From assembly GCA_964016885.1 (NCBI GenBank), contig OZ024751.1, positions 1,488,001 to 1,552,000 of the forward strand: a DNA stretch of 64,000 nt. Reading direction: 5' to 3'. The position numbers were made by a program, and so were the translations under genes. Below are positions 56,701-64,000 of this stretch, piece after piece; the first letter of the stretch is position 1, and every line of letters starts with the position of its first letter. The notes under the pieces are model-generated. The model saw nothing but the letters and a program-made list of their open reading frames with translations, searched no databases and was not told the origin of the DNA. Source of the stretch: Eledone cirrhosa. Its lineage: Eukaryota.

Positions 56701-58760
56701 CTGCTAAACACAGAGTTCAAGATTTTGGCCAAGGTGCTAGCAAAGAGGTTGGCGCTTGTCGTTGGTGGTCTGGTGGGAGAGGCGCAGACATACGACAGAT
56801 CCATCCACGACAACCTCCACCTCATGCGATACATCGTAGAGAGGGTAGCTAGGGAACCTGGCACGGGTGGGTCCTTGATCAATTTAGATCAGTCGAAAGC
56901 TTTCGATAGGGTCGACCATCGTTACCTGGCGGCAGTCCTGAGGGCGGCTGGCTTTGGGCCCGTCTTCAGAGGCTGGATCGCTGCCATGCACAGCGACATC
57001 TGCTCTGTGGTGAGAGTGGACGGTCAACTTTCGGAACCGTTCAACATCATGCGCTCGGTCCGCCAAGGATGTCCCCTCTCGTCCCTCTTGTGCGTATTGA
57101 CTCTCGAGCCATTACTGCACAAACTGAAGACGTTGAGGGGCGTCCGCGCGAACTAGGATGCGGAAGATCCGTGTCAACATATGCGGACGATGTCACCGTA
57201 GTGGTGTCGAACGCCAAACACATCGAGGCGATCGGCACTACACTAAGAGAATACCAAGCGGTAACAGGAGCAATGATCAACTAGGAAAAGTCAGTGGGCC
57301 TGCAGCTCGGCACCTGGAGAGGCAGGTCCATGCCGTCCAACAGCGTCGTCGGACGCTGGACGGACGGACCGGTTAAATTGCTAGGGGTCTGGTTCGGTCC
57401 GGACCTCCAGACGGATAAAAACTGGGACGAGGTGACGAGCAGGGTGGCTTCTCTCACCCAGAAATGGGCGGAGAGGAAGCTATCCCTGAAAGGTCGAGCG
57501 GAGGTGGCTAACGCGTACATGGCATCTGTCATCTGCTACCGCCTGACCGTCGTACCTTGTCCTAAGCCCCGCCTGACTGCGCTGGAGCGTTTGCTCTTTT
57601 GCTTTTTGTGGAAGGGACGCGCTCCGATGGTCAGGCGGTCCATCTACTGTCAACACCCGCTACGTGGAGGGCTGGGCATGCCGTGGATGATGATGCGCAG
57701 ACACGCGCTCAGGCTACGACATCTCCACCTCTTCCTCGACGGTGATCAGGTGTGGTCGCCGTTTGCTAGACACGTATTTCCCCAGCTCGTTTCCTTGACG
57801 GAGCTGCAGTCCTGGGTCAAGCGAAGACCGAGAGGGGGCGCCTGGAGACTGGAATGTCTTCAGGCGCTCACAGCCCTCGACCAATCGGGCAATGTGATCA
57901 TGGAAACTCCACCTCGGCGTTCTATAGAGGATTAGTGGAGGGGAAGAGCGACGTCGTACTTGGGGAAAATCTAGGCGTCGACGAAAATCAACTAGCCAAT
58001 CTCTTCGGAAGAACTTTCGGGCCGGGACATATGGACAACTTCCAGAAATCTCTGGCCTGGTAGTGCTACCGAGGAGCCTTGCCAGTTCGGGATAAACTCT
58101 ACAGGCATGGAGGTGCCGTCAGCCGGGCATGTCCGGGATGCGCGTAGGGCGACGAACCGTCCTGCACGCACTCGTCCAGTGTCCGAAAAATGCTGACTTG
58201 TTGGTTTATGTCGAACACCTGCTGTCGCGTGTAGGACGGATCCGGCTATCATCTGAGTCCATCGTGAGGATTGCCCCGCCCTCTTCCTTTAGCCGGGAAG
58301 GGCAGGCAGTTTTTATCTGTCTGGTGGCCATGGCGAAAGAGATAGTATGGTGGACACGTTTGAAAGGGCTGAAAACGAGCACATACCTCTTCGGTGATGC
58401 CCTGATTAACTTTTTCAAATTTCATTTGAAAAGGAAAATCAGGGTAGAGAGGGAAGTGCTCTCTTCCCAGCATACTCTGACTATATATCTGTAAATTAAA
58501 GGTGGAAAACTGGGAGAGGGCACTTGCCTTGGTGGTCAGGGTCACTGTGGCCTTTTACTGGGCTTTCTCCACAAATGTCCCTCCGAAGTCTCCCCCTATT
58601 GGGGAATTTTTCATTGTTATTTTTTTGTTACATCCTCTGTTTTTGTTTTTTACACGCAGAAATGCCCATTTGTACCGTCCTGTATTGTCCTGCACTGTCC
58701 TTAATGTCTACTTTATTATAAACCCTTGTTGTTAATAAATTAATCATTATTATTATTATT
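53051..58760 (+). mobile_element. Near full-length Tx1/L1-clade LINE flanked by (ATT)n
   Basis: ORF1 53455-54712 (CFRCGSKTHLRAFC; internal deletion versus the 33411 copy); ORF2 55136-~58495 (SINARGL, LVGDWN, TDHK, KSPG, RQGCPLS, YADD) with stops/frameshifts. Confidence 0.9.
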
Positions 58761-58761
58761 A

Positions 58762-61700
58762 ATTTTTGAGTCTCAGTCATTGATGTTAGTTAACTGGAAA
58801 GTTTGTTGAAATGAATATCAAGCCACTACCTGCAGCCTCAGATATTCAGGACGTATCGCAGGGTTCTTGCTGTTCCCAGCAAGCATGCCTTTTGGAGCGT
58901 TCCAAAAAGTGTGAAGGGGCCAATTTTCTTTAAACATCCCTGGAAACTTTTTGAGATAGTCCCTAGTGCGCCTATGACAATCGGGATCACTTTGACTTCA
59001 TGGCAGTTCCAAATCCTTTTTACCTCCCACTTTAACTCCTGGTATCGGTTAATTTTCTCCCTCTCCTTCTCTTGCACTCTCGTGTCGAATGGGCAGGCCA
59101 CATCCACAATCAGGCACGATCTTTTTTCTTTGTCCACAACTACCAGGTCAGGCCTATTGTGTTCCAGTTTCTTGTACGTCTGTATCCTAAAATCCCACAG
59201 CACCTTCACCTGATCGTTTTCTATCACCGCCTCTGGCTTATGCTCATACCACTTCTCAGAATGTGGTAAATTGTTTACTTTGCATAGGTGCCAGTGGATC
59301 ACCCTGCCCATCACATCATGTCTCCAGCCCTTATAGTGAGTCTGGGCTAGGTGTTTACACTCGGATACAATGTGAGCCACAGTCTCCTCTCTCTCTCCAC
59401 AGATCCTGCACAGTGGGCTAGCCTCCTCCTTGTAAATGTGGTGTTTCAACCACTTCGTTTTGAGGGCCTACTCCTGCGCAGCCATTAACATTCCTTCTGT
59501 AGCCTTTTTAAGGTCTCCTCTTTTCAACCAGTTCCATGTCTGTGGATCTCTAAATTCTGTTTTCTCAAAGAAGGTACTATGAAGGGATTTTTCCTGAAGG
59601 CTGCTCTATCTCCTTGATGTTATTTCCTCCTTGGACATCCCCTGGCCTATTGTCCCCTCCTTCAGTACAGTTCTGAGCATTGGCTCCTTACTATCAGTCA
59701 CGTATTTGTGTAGGTTGTTTTTCTCCATCTGAACACAGTCCTCTATGCTGATAAGACCTCTTCCACCTTCAGATCTCCTTAAGTAGAGTCTATCGACATC
59801 ACTCCTCTTGTGAAACATATTGTAGATAGTCAATAGCTTCCTAGTCTTGCTATCCATTTCTTTTTGTTCAGCAACATTCCATCTCAGAATTCCCGCACTG
59901 TACCTAATAATAGCTACAGCTCGGGAATTTACTGCGCTTATGGCATTTCTGCTGTTCAGATGTGACTTCAATACGCTCCTTACTCTCCGAATGTATTCAG
60001 TTATTATCAATTCCTTCATTTTTTTGTTCTTGATGTCATCAGCCTCCAGAACGCCCAAATACTTGTATCCTTCCTCAGAGTCAATTTCCTTTATCATCTC
60101 ACCTGTTGGTATCTGGATTCCGTTACTTCTGCTCAACTTACCCGTCCTCATCACAATGACTCCACACTTACTAATACCAAATTGCATACATATATCACTG
60201 CTGAAAATACGGACAGTGTCAACAAGCACATCCAACTCCCTCTCACTTTTCCCGAAGAGCTTAAGATCGTCCATAAAGAGGAGGTGATTGATGGTAAGCC
60301 CTCTCTTTCCCAACCTGTATCCTTCTCTCACTTTTCGCAGTACACTGGTCAGGGGCATCAGGGCAAGGACAAACAACAGAGGGGACAGACTATCTCCCTG
60401 GAAGATACCTCTCTTGATCTTCACGCTTCCCAAGGATTTTCCAGTTGATGTTAACTCTGTTTCCCAGGACTTCATACTTTTGCCCAACAACTGACTGATG
60501 TTATCTGCCACCTTGAAGATCTCCAGGCTTTTGGTGATCCAAGAATGAGGCACCATGTCAAATGCCTTTTTGTAGTCTATCCATCCCATGGCAAGACCAG
60601 TGTGTCTCCTCTTGCAATTCCTCATTACCATCTTATCAATAAGTAACTGGTCCTTTGTACCACGTGACTTCTTTCGGCATCCTTTCTGTTCGTCCGGTAA
60701 CAAGTTGTTTGTGTGGAGGTGATGGTAGATTTCCTCAGACATAATGCTTGTCAACAGTTTCCACATTACGGACAGACATGTGATAGGTCTATAGTTGGTA
60801 AAATCATTACCCTTGATTCGGTCTTTCATTATCAGAACTGTGGTACCCTTTGTCAACCACTCTGGTACCTCACCTGACATCAAGCAGTCATTGAACATGG
60901 TTGTCAGTTTCGGGTGGAGGGGTGTTATAATTGTAATCCAATACCCCTGCACACCATCTGGGCCAGGTGATTTCCAGTTAGTTAGTTTTTTGGTCTGCCC
61001 CTTAAGAGTTTCAACTGTGATACTCAAATCAGTTTGTTGGTGTGCCTGTTCACTGATCTCCTTCTGTACTGTCTCAATCCACACTGCCTAGTCATTATGT
61101 TTAACATCCTGCTCCCATATTCCTCTCCAGAATGTTTTAGTTTGTTCCGCCTCAGGGATCAAGTCGTTGCCTCTTTCTTTCCCTTCAAGCTGTCCAAACA
61201 GCATGTCTGGTTGTTGTCGAACATGCGGTTCTGTCTATACTGGCTGACTCTGTTCTCGTATCGCCTGATTTTTGCACTCTTTGCTACAATGCGTTGCTTC
61301 AGTTCCTCTATGATAATATTTAGCTTTTTCCTCCTAGTTTTGTACTTTATTTCCAGTCTATTTTTAGTGTCTATGTTTTTTAGTGTCCCATTCAGTAGGG
61401 ACTCAAGCTTTCCAATGTCATTTCTCATTTCCCTGATTTGACCACTCAGTCTTTTCTTCCACCAAGGCTCTGCTCTTTCTTGTCTGTTGTTTCCTCTCGC
61501 TTTTATACCAAGTAGTTTCCTCACCGTATTTGCTGTTGCTTTGAGGATATTGTTGCACTGGTGAAGGCTCCTCGCCTCAAGGTATGGGATGACTTTGTTT
61601 ACCTTAGCTGTTGTTTCTTTTAACTTTTTCCTGTCTACAAATCTTAGGTTCATAGGTCTCCCACTATCATTGTTCAATTCGTCTACCACTAAGTTTAGGA

Positions 61701-62088
61701 TATCTACCAAATCTTGTCCTAGCCCGTCAGCATTCATCTCCTCAGTGGCCGTTCCAGGTATTATTTATCTCAGCATTCAGATCATTGTCTTTTCGGGTGG
61801 TTCCTCCGTTCTCTCGACCTCTTCACCTTCATTTCCCACTGGCTCGTTTGCCTGGCATACTCCACCCTCCATCTCCAAACTAATCTCTCTGCTCAGTTCC
61901 TCCAGTTCCAGCTCGCTTATCCACCCATTAGTTCTTATTACCCGAGCCTGCCCGGCCAGTTTTTGTTCATCTAATTTAAATGGACCAATCTCGTTCCAGA
62001 TGTTATGCATCCTTTTCCTATAGCCTTTCTCCTTGGGGTTACTCTTCAGGTAACATTGCATAACAGTTCTATTCAATTCTTTCGTCAA
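58762..62088 (-). mobile_element. R4/Dong-clade LINE (RT + restriction-like endonuclease), nearly complete, (TAA)n tail
   Basis: VMQCY..S.P..GYRKRM, WKSPGPDG, DYKKAFD.VPH, GIFQGDSLSPLLF, LFMDD, CRICG..EET..HIVSEC, RHD, RPDL..D, IVIGALG. Confidence 0.9.
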
Positions 62089-62105
62089 GTTATTATTATT
62101 ATTAT

Positions 62106-64000
62106 TTGCATTTATCTTGCTTTATGTTTATACGAGTTATCACCAAGTCACAACCAGTGACCTCAAGAGACAACAAGGTCCGCCATGTTCAAGAAAGAAC
62201 ATACATACTCACACATGCATCTTTAGTGTTTAGACTTGTGATGTACTTATATTGACAGAATCTTCCTTAGTATATGGGCAGTTCCCATTAGTACTATCTT
62301 TTGTATTTCTCATATACGCGGGTTTCCTGGGATTTGCGATAAGTAGTCGTTAGACCCCTTAGGTATCATTCCCAGAGCGCCTACAACCACTGGTATTGTT
62401 TTAGTTCTCAATTTCCACATTTTTCCAATTTCTATCTCCAGGTCCTTATACTTGCTCAATTTTTCAAATGTTTTTATAGATACATTCTTGTCTATTGGAA
62501 CAGACATATCAATTAGCAGGCATACCCTCCTTTGAAAGTCCTTCAATATTATATCAGGTCTATTTGCATCTATTTTTCGGTCTGTTTGGATGCTAAAGTT
62601 CCACAAGATTGAGATGTGATCTTTTTCAAGTATGGGAGGTGGTTGATGCTCCCACCAATTCTTTTGATGGGGCAGGTCAAAATGCTTACACATTATCCAA
62701 TGTATGTATTGTGCAGCTCTGTCATGCCTGTTTAGGTATTCGGTTGGAGCTATAGGACTGCACATTGAAATTATATGGTCAATGGTCTCTGGTTGTTTTT
62801 TGCATACACGGCATAATGGGCTGCACCCATTTTTTATTATGTTGGCTTGGTAATTTTTTGTTGGCAGACACTGATCTTGTGCCGATATAATCAGTCCTTC
62901 AGTCTCCGATTTCAGTCCAGAGGATGCCAACCACTGATGGGTTAAAGTTTTGTCAACATCAGGATTATTAGCTCGCTCTGGGTATTTTCCATACAGAGGC
63001 TTTTCTTGCCATTTCTTAGCCAGTTTCTGTAGCAGTTCTTTCTTTGCAGTTACTTTTACCTGCTTTGCTTTTTCTGTGTTTTCCATTTCAGCAGTAAATG
63101 GGACTTCTGAAATTTGTAGTCCATTACTGTATATTTGTGCATCTTTTGTAATGGAATATGATCTTTTGGTGCTTTCGTGTTTCAAAACGAGTTTGATCAT
63201 CCAATCATGTGATTCCCTTAGATATGTGGATAATCCAATTGTTGCAGTTTTCAACGCAATGTCTAACTGGATTAACCCACGTCCTCCTTCTTTCCTAGGG
63301 AGATATATTCTATCTATGTCTGCCTTAGGGTGATGCATTCTGTGCATGGTTAAGAATTTTCGGATTTTTGTATCGAGCCTACGGATCTCTGTGCTTGACC
63401 AGTTGATGACATTGTAACTGTAGGTTACTACTGGTATGGCAAGCGTGTTTATGGCATCGATCCTATTCCTTGCATTCAATTCCGTTCTTAAGATTGCTCT
63501 GACTCTGCGGTAACATTCCTTCCTTATCCTTTCCCTCATTGTCGAGTGCTTGATTCCGTCTCCTTCACAAACACCTAGATATTTGTAAGTTTTTTCTTGA
63601 TCAAGCTCTCTTATCACGTTCCCCCGATCAAGATTAATGTCTGAACTCTTCAGCAGCTTTCCTCTGGTGAACGTTGCTTTGGCGCATTTATCCAGTCCAA
63701 ACTCCATTTTAATGTCATCACTGAACTGCTTCACAGTGGATAATAGCCCTTGCAATTGTTCATCATTTTTTGCAAATAGTTTCAGGTCATCCATGTAGAA
63801 CAGGTGATAATGGTTTTGTCATAGACTCTATATCCATGTTTTGTTTCATTGAGCATTTTACTTAATGGTATAAGTGCGATGCAGAATAAAAGCGGTGATA
63901 AAGAGTCACCCTAAAAAATTCCACAATTAATGTTAACTTCTCCAGCTTCCAGTGATTTTGTTTCACTATTCAAAAGGAGTGTCGTTCTCCATGTCCTCAT
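62106..64000 (-). mobile_element. Second, distinct R4/Dong-clade LINE (3' part; runs off window)
   Basis: FYMDDLKL, YKYLG, CRVC..ETIDHIISMC, RHD, NRPDI, EKLSKYKDL, VVVGALG; (TAA)n at 62090-62105. Confidence 0.9.

Overview
Repeat-only eukaryotic window. A cephalopod (octopus-like) origin is inferred from the SINE types and the (TA)/(CA)/(GA)/(GATA) microsatellite load. I found no supportable host gene, and most ORFs in the track are microsatellite read-throughs. The recognisable coding sequence is all retrotransposon: Penelope-like elements (RT + GIY-YIG), Tx1/L1-clade LINEs (zinc-knuckle ORF1; APE-RT ORF2) and two R4/Dong LINEs (RT + restriction-like endonuclease), mostly frameshifted. The main non-coding signal is a very high density of type-I hammerhead ribozyme (HHR) motifs: about 39 by manual count including degenerate copies, from roughly 15 sequence families. 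They sit in Penelope pseudo-LTRs and in small non-coding, greater-than-unit-length or fold-back insertions. Highlights: (1) a 467-bp tandem array with one HHR and one octamer motif per unit (retrozyme-like, with ABAB variants and an internal inversion); (2) three families with the compensatory U3-A8 core, one with a homologous C3-G8 family in the same window; (3) a family with a fixed U4A core; (4) one insertion whose boundary falls exactly at the predicted self-cleavage site. All ribozyme calls are manual motif and base-pairing inspection, not computed or tested.
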